Below are positions 33,301 to 44,871 of a DNA stretch of 64,000 nucleotides, piece by piece; positions within the stretch are counted from its first letter, which is position 1; every line of letters starts with the position of its first letter. Under the pieces are notes generated by a model. That model worked only from the letters and a program-made list of their open reading frames with translations. It was not told where the DNA came from and ran no database searches. The translations under genes were made by a program, and so were the position numbers. The stretch is from Picochlorum sp. SENEW3 (Eukaryota): the NCBI GenBank assembly GCA_034226945.1, contig CP120459.1, forward strand, positions 992,001 through 1,056,000. The letters run 5' to 3'.

Positions 33301-34243
33301 AGCAGCAAATATGAAGGCAATAATTCCTGAGGAAGACGCAACCCAGTCTGAGAGGGAGATGCAAAAATCAAAAGACGTGAACTCTGGGAAGGAACTGGCT
33401 GATTCAGCAAAGGAAAACATGTCTGCCACACCTGAACAAGTAGCCCCCGAAGAAAATGTCAGTTGTGAAAAGAAAGAGGGGCTGAAAGTCTCTGCACAGT
33501 ATTCCCCTGAAAAGTTTTTGGATAGGAATGTGCTTTTGAGGTGGGAGTTTGAGAATTTGTCCTCAGAGTACATCAGAACATTCTATGGATGCAGCCAGAC
33601 CTTCCCTGCATCAGAGTGGAAGGCCCAAAAGGATGCATACTTGAACCAGTGCTCCATTTTGGCAGCAAAGCCACCTGTCTCCATCGAAGCAGGAGGAGAA
33701 CAAGCCAAGAAGAGCAAGCTTGCAGCTTGCAAAGATGTTCCTGCTTCCAGCGAATGGGCCAATATTGCCTCACTCAATGGTGCTTCATACAAAGAAGATA
33801 GATCTAGCATCCATGGCTGTGGTCTGTTTGCCATCACAGACATTGCATCAGGAACACCAATCACAGAACTCATAGGTGAGTTCATCTCCCAGCTTGATGC
33901 CAAGGCAAGAGAGAGTGTCTATGCAGATTCGCCCGTGAAAATTAAAAACTGCATCGGTATCACAAAGGGAACTATCGACCATGCGAAGCACATGCTCTTT
34001 GAAGTCAACAGAGATTGGACCCTGGACGCCACCAAGGCTGGCTCTATGGCAAAGTTTGTGAACCATTCCTGCATGCCCAACTGTGAAATGCGATTGCTCA
34101 CAGACAAGAAGGGGTTACCACACGTTGTCATACATGCTTGTACAGATATTAAAGAAGGAGAGGAGTTGACGTGTGACTACAAGCTCTTGTCGGGTGGCTT
34201 CTCCTGCCACTGTAAATCAGACAAGTGCCGCAAATCAGTTTGA
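30365..34243 (+). CDS. SET-domain histone lysine methyltransferase (SET1/trithorax-like SET and post-SET) with GRF-like zinc finger and AT-hook-like motifs
   Basis: RSSIHGCGLFA, AKFVNHSCMPNC, GEELTCDY, post-SET CHCKSDKCR; CYCG..GFFWGC; GRPRRPVGRPRKK. Confidence 0.88.
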   Translation: MREMSGKGTLQKGSPGEGQQFQPPARSTDKATKRPAPSSHTQNNKPTVTENKQDGGQQEPVDSVRAQAVPTPRPGSYAPPGGFAQRQEGWSRPIPRHGSNYSFSPLGMYGHSFGSEGMMEYEQSVYGPYPLLPGQSPPGHRRAANDARRGDMRFGSLLGMNSMGGGPDHRTGGMLGKMPRMGLHSLNLQGNMSGLSATTAAWYERSAASYEKSKEIFDYMSKRCDANDCTHVDQEKLVTITKERTVRQLDFNAASQAMNAIIIAEKKWSTEPHGDGFRTYAKDIRALIEHNSIDAMRIMYPMSEDAGPQCEAQIIAETVEEAGKRAAFMKEYAENTAQAYGIPLNTPADAFLECAEQYYLSENSDGTYMVPSPGTEAHLGRFRDFSQTFSGYFPRHDHGKNGTPKAETSLAQFAKAIMPKDNGTEMGEKFLHAQGWKTKPAPINAHVLMKERQPQASAMSFDVRSSQWWNPTQDGFSPKVDSFGQPGNPVWGMNDDLFQSGFQDGLEELSSGVPKDFNQIIQAAEKTSSSKGGERSKAPLDLEQDTCGQQPSPPAPLCYCGQRCTKKRNTQGFFWGCASCACEAQIPIMQGKMADKSGNPGLKHHMTVHGRETQAPQRLAADETTSKTCVDGENERNGTQKPKGAGRVALTSSLPNKLPNSLDSSGIKESGTTYRVNSESFPLQPCKRKDYCVKSAGHRGGCSKGRPRRPVGRPRKKPKVQNGADDTGAILSMDKGAPLPHEELILSRPENPSKGGPRNSKSSQATESIRKAADKMEDRGKTESPKIGKNLEVTSKWANEANHTTSSRDVSNESDPDYTEGQSGDQVTPQKVEQQQQPPGDYNSLLMEAIQKEREAIPVELRCIRKPTCLNIRGHRGRCRLRPGGFPAKKNKGASNAQIEALIEEMTKQTSPEAFSEEKTKQTSPEAFSEEKTKQTSPEAFNEENRKKAPEVGAKGKIGPEPVSKSPDLPAVLTSNSDEAANMKAIIPEEDATQSEREMQKSKDVNSGKELADSAKENMSATPEQVAPEENVSCEKKEGLKVSAQYSPEKFLDRNVLLRWEFENLSSEYIRTFYGCSQTFPASEWKAQKDAYLNQCSILAAKPPVSIEAGGEQAKKSKLAACKDVPASSEWANIASLNGASYKEDRSSIHGCGLFAITDIASGTPITELIGEFISQLDAKARESVYADSPVKIKNCIGITKGTIDHAKHMLFEVNRDWTLDATKAGSMAKFVNHSCMPNCEMRLLTDKKGLPHVVIHACTDIKEGEELTCDYKLLSGGFSCHCKSDKCRKSV
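33082..33198 (+). repeat. Coding minisatellite, 3 x 39 nt (TKQTSPEAFSEEK)
   Basis: GACAAAGCAAACTTCCCCAGAAGCTTTTAGTGAAGAGAA twice identically, third copy slightly diverged. Confidence 0.95.
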
Positions 34244-34482
34244 GTTGTTCGCAGCTACAAGCAAGTGACTATAACATGTCAAGGTATTATTCATATTTGT
34301 TTCTGATATATTTTCATATACATATATATCTGTAAATAATTAATGCATCCATCCATGATGATACGATTTACTGATCTAGATCTGCAGAGGGCAATACCCT
34401 TCAAATTCAAATGCTGCATACTGGTGAGAACAGGGCAAAAGAATTGAACCAATAGTCATTCATCGCTGGATTTCTGAATAGT

Positions 34483-35208
34483 ATGGATGAGTTTCTGCCT
34501 CCTGACCAGGAATCAGGGACGAGCCACCCAATCCAGCGAGAAACACGAAACACTTTGGTGCTGCGAGACAGATCACCACAGATTCTTCTATCTAGTGATT
34601 CACAGTTTCCAAAAACATTAGACAAGTTAAAAATACGCAAAAGAGTCGAATTCTTCCCCTTGCGAGTCACATTGAAAGCCGACTACGAAACCAAAACTCG
34701 AACATTTACCTATGGGTGTTCAGTCAAGGTGCGATGGATAGTGCCATAGGAGTGCGTTTCATGCCCATCTATGTAACATGAATCTTTCATGTCGCTAACA
34801 CTGTAGGATTCGTTGCTTAAAGGCCGTTTCTCTTTGAATGTGCCTGAACGTCAAATTGGATACAGGAAGCAGATATCGTTGCCGAATGGTTCCAGGCTCG
34901 CTCTTCTTGGATGCTGCTCGTATAGAGATGGGAAGATCAAGCCTGATTTTGGGGTTCAATTGAAATTCGGGGCAGATGTTCCTCGAGCAGGGCATACAGA
35001 TGCAATGTGGGTTGGAAACAGTGCCTTTTCAATCAGGCAAAAGTTTGATGTTGTTCGAGGCGTAGGGTTTGAAGTTTGCGGAGGAGTATCGCTGCCGACG
35101 CCAACAGCTCGCTATACCTACGATAGTGGGTCGCTCATGGTGGGCGAAGGGGCCTTCAACATTCACGTCGCAGAGGTGAATGGCATCCTCCGGTTGGGAT
35201 ATTCGTAG
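34483..35208 (+). CDS. Unknown protein with amphipathic beta-strand pattern (possible plastid outer-envelope beta-barrel); exons 34483-34728 and 34807-35208
   Basis: In-frame GT-AG intron joins two ORFs; alternating hydrophobic pattern (RVTLKADY, FGVQLKF, GFEVCGGVSL, VAEVNGILRL). Confidence 0.6.
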
Positions 35209-35226
35209 ATCAAACCAAGGTTTTTA

Positions 35227-35897
35227 TTACATTTTCTTCTTGAGCCAACCAATAAAGCCAGATACAATCTACAGATGACACAATATCATTATTGACGATA
35301 ATGAGGATGAGAGGCATTCACATACAGAAGCACGTACTGCACCGAGCATGAGCACGCCAATTGCAGGCTGGAAAACCCACTGCCACAAGCCAAGCCAGGC
35401 ATCCAGAATGCCCTGAACACACACACACACAGAAGATTACTAATCACCTAGGCCACCACCAGGAGAAGAGAAAAGTACATACCGTATTGCCACTGGATGA
35501 TTTCACCCCGACACCCACTCCAAGCCATGCCAACGCAAAGAGAATAAAGAAGAAATCGGCAATGAGAGCCTTGTCAATAATATCCTGCAGAGGTGCCTTC
35601 TCATCATTGCCCCCACCAAGATTGCTTGTTGTCACAGACTCTTGTTTCCTTTCCTGAAGTCGCCTCAAATCCTCCTGTAATAGCTCATCCACATCTGCAA
35701 AACATGATTGCTGTTGTTGTCCACCCAGAAAGCCACTGGTATCCTTCACTCCACGCACCTTGGTCACCACCTGCAGCTGCTATACACCTTCTTGATCGCC
35801 TATGCACGGACCGATGTGTGAGTACTCTGCCGCAGACACGTGTGTTGTTGCTAGGTGCTCGACTGATAGCTGGGGGTGTCTCTACCAGAACATGCAT
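35227..35897 (-). CDS. Plastid membrane protein of unknown function, 4 exons
   Basis: Transit-peptide exon; IIDKALIADFFFILFALAWL; then ILDAWLGLWQWVFQPAIGVLMLGA and IVSGFIGWLKKKM exons joined by GT-AG introns. Confidence 0.75.
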
Positions 35898-35985
35898 GCC
35901 TATTTTCTCAATCTCTATGGCACGTATTGGTAGATGAATGAAATTCAAAGACAATTCTCCTCAGACAAGGCAAGATAGGAGCCCA

Positions 35986-36016
35986 AAAATATCTGAAAAT
36001 CTAAAAATCTGAAAAT
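35986..36016. promoter_or_regulatory. Evening element (AAAATATCT) and CCA1-site (AAAAATCT) cluster
   Basis: AAAATATCT-GAAAATCT-AAAAATCT-GAAAAT in a divergent promoter. Confidence 0.5.
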
Positions 36017-36371
36017 GGCTGGGTGCCTAACTAATTAAGGAGTTTCACCCGCCTTTATTTTTCCTTCCCTTGATTGTCACCCTGCTGGGCAGTATCAATA
36101 GTATTTACGTATGTAGAAGGGGTAGTTGATCTTTCCTTTCATCAACAGAGTCACGAGGCCCCTATTCAAGAGTGCATGTGGACCCAGTAGTTGCCACGTT
36201 TGCTCGATAGCAGCGCAACCTCTGAAATACGATAGGGAATTGATTCATTTTGAATACAATCCATCTGTAGCATAGTACGGTAGACTGCATTGTCGTATTG
36301 AACCTGGTAGGGCTTTTGTCTTTTCCGGAAACATCGGAGGCAGTGCCGCGGGGTGATACGATTTCGCATTG

Positions 36372-38337
36372 ATGACAGAACAACAACAAGCAGCGGTGTC
36401 TGTGGGTGGACAAGGCCCGGTGGCTGCGGAAGAACCAAAGCGTTCGACCTTGCTGACTGTGTGTCCGTTCATCCTGGGCAATGAGTTTTGTGAGAGGCTG
36501 GCATTCTACGGCATTTCTACGAACCTAATTATTTATCTAACTAAAGTGATGGGTGAAGATTCTGGTTTTGCTGCCGTGCAAGTCAACTTGTTCGAGGGGA
36601 CGTGCTATCTCACTCCTTTGCTGGGTGCTTGGTTGGCAGATTCTCTGTGGGGGAGGTACAGGACCATTCTGATCTTTTCGTTGATTTACTTTGTGGGGAT
36701 GACGATGTTGGCTGGTTCGGCATTTCTTCCTGGGCTCACGCCGGATTCGACGAGCGTGGCAACTCCATTGCAGAATGCAGCCTTGTATGTGTCGCTGTAT
36801 GTTGTCGCTCTTGGTACTGGAGGAATCAAGCCGAACGTGTCTGCATTCGGAGCAGATCAGTTCGATGAGCTTGATCCTCGCGATAGAAAGGAAAAGAAAT
36901 CGTTCTTCAATTGGTTCTATTTCAGTATCAATGTTGGAAGTTTGCTCGCTGTGACTGGGATTGTGTGGATCCAGGAGAATGTTAGTTGGGCGATTGGGTT
37001 TGTCATTCCAGCAATAGCCATGGCGATTGCAGTTGTTACATTCATTGCTGGGAGCCCCAGGTATAGGCATGTCAAACCCAGTGAGAGTCCTATTTCAAGA
37101 GTGTACAGAGTGACCATTGCTGCCTGGAGAGAGAACAGGAGAATGAAAAGAGCTGGAGCGTTAGTGTCGGCAGACGGATCATCGGCAGAGCCTTTGATAC
37201 CCAACGAAGATGGACATACCGCGATGCACCGTACACCCAGCCTGCCATGGCTGGATTCTGCAACACAGGTTCGCGCACGGGGTGGTGTGCAGCAGTTCAC
37301 AACCAGGCAGGTGGAAGAAGTGAAACTTGTCTACCGCATGCTTCCAATCTTCTTCGCTACAATCTTGTACTGGACCATTTACATGCAAATGAGTTCATTT
37401 TTTGTGGTTCAAGGCTCAAAGATGGACAGAGAAATCGGATTACCATTCAACCTGGGTTCCTTTTACATTCCTGCTGCATCTCTGACTGTCATAAATACAT
37501 TCGCCATTGTCGCATTGATTCCAATCTACGATAGAATCTTAGTTCCAGTCCTTCGGAAGATTGGCCGACCCATCACCATGCTCAAGCGGATTGGGTGGGG
37601 GCTGGCCATCTGTGCAGGAGCCATGTTTGCCTCTGCCATCGTTGAGCGCAAGCGACTCGCACTGTATCATCAGGATAAAATGATAGATGAAGATGAAGGT
37701 ATAGTAGATATGTCAGTGTGGTATCAAATACCACAGTATCTCCTCATTGGCATGTCGGAAATATTTGCATCCATTGGGCAGATGGAGTTTTTCTATGACC
37801 AGGCGCCAGATGTACGTGTTTTAACCTACACACAGCAAAAACAATTCACAATGGTGGTATGATTGAAAAACTACATGAACATGTGTCGTGCAGGTGATGA
37901 GGTCATGTTCCATGGCGCTGCAGCTCTTGTCTGTCTGCATTGGCTCCTACCTATCAGGGGCTCTTGTCTTTGGTATCCAGGCAATCACTTCATCCTTCGA
38001 CCCGAGAGGCTACGGATGGCTCCCCAAAAATCTCAATAAAGGGAGGTTAGATTTGTTCCTCATCACCCTGGGCATGTTGATGCTCCTCAACTTGCTCCAT
38101 TTCATGTGGGTGGCAGCAGGATACGAATACAAGGCAATCGAGCACGTCAGGAGGGCTGCACCAGGGTCTCGACCAAGACCTCCGAGACCTACTCGCCCCC
38201 CTGTGGACCACCTGGATATTCCACGTGCAAGGCAACCACAAGACATGTTTGAACCAACGTCAATGACACCAGCCCAATATGGAAGATCAGTCACGTTCAA
38301 TCCACAAACTCCAGTCATGCCTCCACAGTTCCGATAA
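36372..38337 (+). CDS. NPF/POT (PTR2) proton-coupled peptide/nitrate transporter; intron about 37812-37893
   Basis: EFCERLAFYG (ExxER), GAWLADSLWGRY, GTGGIKPNVSAFGADQF, FFNWFY, EFFYDQAP; about 12 TM segments. Confidence 0.96.
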
Positions 38338-38491
38338 ATGTCTTTATATAATTATATTTTTGTCAATTATACACAATCTATGAACCCACGAGATACAGAC
38401 TAGGAATACAGGTGGAATTCATTCTTGGAGACTTTCAGTCGAATCTGATCCTCCTTCATTCCGCATTCGACGTGTTTGAAGTTCAAATAAA

Positions 38492-39967
38492 ATGGAAGTA
38501 GAAGGTTTTGATGAGGAAACCATCGCTCGGGTAATGGAAATAGCGGGCTGTTCTCTGAACGAAGCAGAATTCATCCTTGGAGCAAGTGGTGGAGATGTCG
38601 ACCTGGCTGTTCAATTATACAAAGGTATGTAACTATGAAAAATCAAGGGTTTCGCTGATTGTTGGGGATGGATTGGATGCTGACAGGGTTTCACATGTCC
38701 AGATGAAATTGCGAATCAGTCTCGCCCTGCTGAGAATGTCCCACCGAGGCCTGATCCGCCTACAAATCGACAGGAGAATGTTCAAGAAGCGAACAGGATG
38801 GACGTCGTGAGACATTCGCGACCCCTGCCTGGGGTTTGGGGGGTTCCAATTCATGTGATTGGCATGTCATTCGGCATGATTGCAAAGCTTTTGGGGGTGG
38901 CAGGTAATATATTGAGCATGGTTGGAAGACGAATCTTGCCGAGGCGGATCCAGAGGATGCTTGGCGGTCTTCGGAGGGCTCTCTTGCCTCGTGTTGGGCC
39001 AGCGGATCCCACTGCTGCCGCAGCAGATTTTATCCAAGGGTTTTCCGCGGCATACGGGGAGAGATGTCCAAGGTGGCAGATCAGTAGCTGGGAGGTAGCG
39101 GCACAGAAGGCTCAAGCTGACGGATCATTTCTTTTCGTATATTTACACTCCCCGCGGCATCAGGACACGGCAACGTTTTGCAGGAATACTCTTTGCTCAC
39201 CAGCTTTTGTGGACTACCTCAATTCAACGTTTGTGTCTTGGGGAGGGAATATTCGAAGTCCTGATGCCTTCAGGTTGGCGTCAAGTCTGAGGGTGTCCAA
39301 GTATCCGTACTGTGCATTGCTAGCATTTTCAGGAGCCAGGACACGTTTGATCACCTTTGCAGAGGGGAATGTCCGACCAGAGGCGTTGGCTGAGTTGTTG
39401 CAGGCCGCTTTGGTGGAGCATAATGGTATTTTGTGGGAAGAAAGGCTCATCCATGAGCAGCGTTCTCATGATAGGAGACTGAGAGAAGAACAGGATGCAG
39501 AGTACCAGCGGTCTTTGGAGGCTGACAGGGCAAAGGAGCTGGAGAGGCAACGCCAGGAAGAAGAACTGCGACGAATCGAAGATGAACGATTGGAGAAGGA
39601 AAGAATAGAAAGAGAGAGAAAAGAAATGGAGGAGCGTGAAAGGCAAATGATGCTGGACGAGCTGCAGAAGAGGAGGGACCAGAAGAGCAAAATGCTGCCA
39701 GAAGAGCCTGGAGCTGACGATGAGGGTATTGCAATTGTTCGAGTCCGATTCCCGTCAGGGGAGAATCATCAACGAAGATTTAGATCGTCTGATCCTCTGA
39801 AGACTGTGATTGATTGGGCCGAAAGTTTGGATTGCAATACCTATCTTAGGTTCAGTGTTGCCACAACATATCCTCGCCAGGTCCTTGTTGCTGAGCAATA
39901 CCATGAGACATTGGAAGCATTGAATTTCGGAAAGCAAATTGCCTTGGCTATTCAGCCAGAGGATTAA
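38492..39967 (+). CDS. UBA-UAS-UBX protein (PUX10/FAF2-like); exons 38492-38624 and 38703-39967
   Basis: UBA-like exon 1, hydrophobic hairpin, FLFVYLHSP..FCRNTLC, REEQDAEYQRSLEAD, UBX RVRFPSG..RRF..TYPR. Confidence 0.92.
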
Positions 39968-39984
39968 ATTAAATGCATGTACCA

Positions 39985-42689
39985 CTAATATTGTGAGTTG
40001 ATGTTAAGGCCACTTCGTCTGGCTGATTCAATGGCTTCATCAATTCTGTACCCAAGTAAATTTTTCCTTGTAATAATTCCTCGCACGTGATTTGCTTCAT
40101 CAACAACGACAAGATGCCGAAGCCCCATTGTCGTGAAGAGTAAATATGCCTTCTCCACGGAGAAGCTCTCTGAGACTCTATAGGTTGACATGTTTATGTA
40201 TGGGAAGAGATCAAGTTCCTCTTCCCAAAAGTTTGCAGATGACATGCCTTGCGTGGATGCCATATGACCCTCTAAGACTGCTAACTGCTGTTCTTCTTCT
40301 GCAGCACTGGTCATGGGATCGACCAATCCTTGGTCCAAGTCAGAGTATCCCACTTCCAGATGCTCGCAGGTTCCGCGTCTGACAGCCTCGACAAGGAGTT
40401 TCAGCAGATGCTCCCTTGCTACCAAACCGATTAGATTTTCGTCGAATCTGCTCACAATCGGGAATCCGTTATGATTTGTTGATCGTAAGACGTCTCGTAT
40501 ATCTCCGAGCTTCATACGTTCATACAACGTCACAACCGGCTTTGCCATGACATGTCTGACCTCTAGTAGCTCCAAGGAAGAAGAGGTTGTTGCCTCCTTT
40601 GGAAGGAAAGGAACACACTTGACTTCCAAGAGACCGTGGTAGAGAGAATGACACCCAGCATCTGCCACCCATTTGGCAAGCATGATAGCCACCATCGCTG
40701 GCAACAATATGCGGACATCATTTGACATCTCCATCATAATGACAGCAAGGGCTAGGGTCATTCTCGTGACCCCTCCCATGAATGCTCCAGCACCAATGAG
40801 CGCAAAAGCACCAGGATCAATCCACGCCCATGGGCTAGGAGGCAAGAAAACACCTGGAGGAGCTCTGCATATCAAATCAACATGTTCAACGTAGTTTTTC
40901 TTTCTGAAAGAGCATCAAACAATATAAAAGAAACATACCCATCGCTCCCTGCGCCATGTGACGCGGCTATGTTGACCGTCACAAGACCAACCAGTCGTCC
41001 AATACACGCCCCAATCAACAACATAGGAACAAACGTTCCACTTGAGATGGCACTTCCTGCTGCCACAGCTGCTCCGATGAAGTAAAAAGCCAGCATACAG
41101 AGAATAGCTGCGTACCCAAACTCCCTATGAGTTCCACGACTCAGCAGATGCCTAATACTCTCTTCACCAGTCACAGACATTAGTGTTGCGAGTTCATTGT
41201 ATGATTTGGGCACGGTAATGTTTGACTGTGATGGATCCGTGTCCCAATCTGGCGGGATGTCGGACGTTGCTGCATCGGGGGAGCACGTATATAACTCAAT
41301 ACTATCCTCAACAATTCTCTGAATTCTCGGAGGAGTACCCTCAGGACACACTGGTGTCGATTCACCTTGAATAATGACACATTGTGTGGGCACACAGGGG
41401 AAAAAGAGGGGAAGAATAGTGCCAATTGTGATGAAGACCACGATCAAAATGCACGGTTCCATCATTTTTGCCTTTTTTGTCTTCAACAGCTCTGACCGCA
41501 TCCGCGTCACCCTCAAATTTAGAAACGTGAAAGCAATAGCCAAAAGACCGGATACAAGCCCACAGACAGCTGCAGGAATAATGGCCATCGCATGCGTTGC
41601 AAGCTGCGTTTGTACTTCAAAAAATACTGTAGAAGCCTCATCATCAAACAGTCCGAATGTACCTTCCTTCAACGCCGACACTCCCGAATGAAGAGTGTCG
41701 GCCGTCAAAACAGATACCATACAGGCAAAGAAGATTTGCCAACCCAATGATTGCTGCCAAAACGAAGCTACTTCTTCAAACATGAATAAAAGCCCGCCAA
41801 CTGGTGCAGAAAATGCTGTGGCAACTCCAACCGCAGCTCCAGCAGTCACAAAATCCCTCTTATCTTTTGGGTTTTGAAATCTCCGAAGCAGGCCACTGTC
41901 CCATCCAAGGTGCGTCGAATGACCTTGCGACAGCCCAGCAGCCATGATTGCCCCAATATGCACCATTGGACCCTCTGGCCCCACTGGAAGGCCAGACCCC
42001 ACTGCCAGCGCTGCGGATAAAAACTTGACCACAAGCGTTTTCAACGTCAATATGTTCGGTATATCGCACCCATTCAGGTACGCCATGACTTCACTGACTC
42101 CTGCCCCAGCAGCCTCAGGTGCAACATGCACCACCAGCCACGTCGACCCATACACCAATGCCAGCGAAAATGATACGTTAAACATCCATCCTATCAGAAC
42201 ATGAGTATGACCTAACAACCATCTATTACCGTGGTATTTTATGAAAGAGAAGAAGTGAATCAAGTAATGCAGAGAGAACCCAACCACTCCCATGGCAATC
42301 CCAATGCACGCCATCACCAACCAACGGTCCCAATGCCGACCCCATGCCTGCTGTGCCAACCAATGCTTGTACACCCGTGAACTAGGAGCCAAGTAATCGA
42401 TACTCTCCGCAGCCAACAGTTTCTTCTTCTCCTTGGCCGTATACGTATGATTCTGACTGGCACTCTCAAGATCATGCCCTCGGTTCAGAAGAGCCATCAC
42501 GCCAACCCCAGGGTCCTGCTGATGCTCCCCTGGTGGCGTCGTCCGCCCATTACCTACCAAAAATAAAAATGCACAGTCAAAACCCTACCCTACTACTCCA
42601 CAATGCTCGACACGTGACACATTCATACCTAAAACGGCCTGATCCGGGTCAGATGAGAGAGGAAACCTCTCCTCAGTCCGTTTCTCCAT
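39985..42689 (-). CDS. CLC anion channel/exchanger with two CBS domains (CLC-6/7, CLC-d-like), 3 exons
   Basis: GAGVSEV, GPEGPMVHIG, FSAPVGGLLFMFEE, GTFVP, GGVTRMT, HNGFP, MGLRHLVVV; introns 42554-42628 and about 40865-40938. Confidence 0.96.
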
Positions 42690-43148
42690 TTTATTATATT
42701 ATACAATGCGAATGGTACTCCTGTAATCCGAATATGACCATACCACTCGCTCTAGTGGCGGAGCTACCTCCAATTTTCTCAATAATCTTTGTTCATTTAC
42801 ACTCCAGTCCCGTATGAACCACAGCTCGGTATCCTATGTTTTACTAGTATTGTTAGAGAGCCACGAGCAATGGTATTCTGTGCCTGTAAGAGGGGCCCCT
42901 CCCTCCACGGGTCCCAAGATGAAAAAGACAATAGACTACGGTCCAAACAGTGCTTTGATAGTACGCATGTGTCAAAGACTTGTGGGAACGACCAATGAGA
43001 CCTCTGGATCCTTCTTGTTTCTCAGGATGCCAAGATTGATATCCAAATGCATTTTATTGAATGTAATCTATTCATTGATCACCCTACGGTACTCAGGGAT
43101 ATACACGGAGGGAATTGAGGGAGTTCGTGTATTTGAATTTCAAATACC

Positions 43149-44091
43149 ATGTCTGCTCGGGCCAGGCGATCCGGGGGCGATGATCAGGTGGATTTGACCC
43201 AAGGAACTGCTCAGAGTGGTATTGAATTTGTTGCGTCTGGTAGTGGCAGCGCTGAGAGGCGGGGGAGTGGTGGATCTCAGGTGGTTGTCAAGGTGGACGC
43301 TGCAGCTGTCGACTCTGTGGCTGATACAGTGCGTACGGGTGACCTTCTGTATGAATTACGGTGCTGTCTCATCACTATCCATGTCATTGTAGATTAAAGA
43401 ATACAAGGATGCCGCTGATGCTCTGGAGAGTGGACTTTCCACTCAGATAACAGACCATGAACTCGAGGCTCTCACTCGATCAACTCTGCGACACGTATTG
43501 TTCTGCAATAGTTTCAAAGAAGGAGGCATCATATCCAGGAATGAGGTGATTCAGCACATCAATGCGGCATCGACAGCGCAGAGGAAGGGTGTCCCTCCTC
43601 TGGTGATTGCCAAGGTGCAGCTGGCACTGGCCACTCTGTTTGGTATCAACATGGTGGAGCTGACAAAACCGCCGGCGAGAAAGACTGGGAATGATGGCGC
43701 AGGAACAAAGTATTATGCATTAAAGAGCATGATTCCGAAGGATCTGTACCAGTGCACTGTGGGTACGTTTGAGTCAACCCCGACAGTGTCCCAAAAGGGG
43801 CTCTTGGGGGTGATCATTGCCCTGATCAAGGTGTCAGGGGGCACCATCGTCGAGGAGGAGCTTTGGAGGCATTTACAATCACTTGGTGTTGAAAAGAGCA
43901 CAAAACACCCGATATTTGAAGCTATTCCATCCGACGTTGTGGATGAATTCGTGAGGCGGAGGTATCTCAAGGTTGAGAAGATGCCCAGCATGGACAAGGA
44001 CACGAGGCTGTATGCCGTTGGGGAAAATGCACTGCACGAGATTTCGGAGGACATGGTGACCCAGTATGTAGAATCAGAGCTGAAAGAATGA
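43149..44091 (+). CDS. NSE3: MAGE-domain protein, SMC5/6 subunit NSE3; exons 43149-43328 and 43393-44091
   Basis: LATLFGINMVEL, KGLLGVIIALI, EEELWRHLQSLG, EFVRRRYL, YAVGENA. Confidence 0.85.
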
Positions 44092-44118
44092 TGATCAGAA
44101 TAATAGTAATAATAATCT

Positions 44119-44652
44119 TTACATCTCTTTTTGCACACGTTCTCTCTTCCTCTTCGTCTTCTCCCGCGCCTTTTTCTCAGCTTCTTCCAGGATCTCTTGT
44201 ATCTCTACATCTTTACACAAAGATCTCGCCAAATTTCCCCTCTTATCCATGGCCAGCACATTCGCCTGGTGCTTCAGCAGCGTGCTCACCACCCCTCTCT
44301 CACCAGCCATGGCAGCCAGGTGAAGCGCGTTTCTACCCTTGACATTCTTCCCATTCACCCTCGCACCCGAATCCAGAAGTTTCTCTACCACGCCTTCCCT
44401 CCCTTTCATCGCCGCAAAGTGCAATGCCGTCATTCCATCCTGTGCAGGGGCAGCAATTTGGATGCCAGGCTGTTTCAATAACAAGGCCACCGCATCACAG
44501 TGCCCCGCCCACGCTGCCAAATGCAATGCCGTTCTCTTCAATCCATCTCTGCTATTAATCACCTCAGAGGGATCATCCAATGATTGAAGATAGTCTTCCA
44601 ACGCAGACACTTGTCCTGCTTTGGCAAGGTCGTGCAGCGTTGAGGGAGACAT
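44119..44652 (-). CDS. Ankyrin-repeat protein
   Basis: TALHLAA, TALHFAA, NALHLAA repeats; basic C-terminal tail. Confidence 0.9.
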   Translation of the reverse strand: MSPSTLHDLAKAGQVSALEDYLQSLDDPSEVINSRDGLKRTALHLAAWAGHCDAVALLLKQPGIQIAAPAQDGMTALHFAAMKGREGVVEKLLDSGARVNGKNVKGRNALHLAAMAGERGVVSTLLKHQANVLAMDKRGNLARSLCKDVEIQEILEEAEKKAREKTKRKRERVQKEM

Positions 44653-44871
44653 CCATATCACGCTCAAACCCTTGATTATTCTTCGATTGTTATCTATTAC
44701 CAGCTGCTGTGAGTGTTGGATGAGACGTCCTCATAGAAACGATGCCTTGCATTGGTTTCTAAACTTCTTCTTTTAAGGAGAGAGCCACGTGCCGGCACTT
44801 CATTCGATGCCAAGAGGTGCGAGAATTTCATCATAGAAATTATACTTTTATTTTTCCATGCGTTTTATGAC

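Noticed and set aside
42814..43197. 127-aa ORF between CLC and NSE3
   Set aside because: No recognisable features; overlaps the NSE3 start in another frame; likely promoter sequence.
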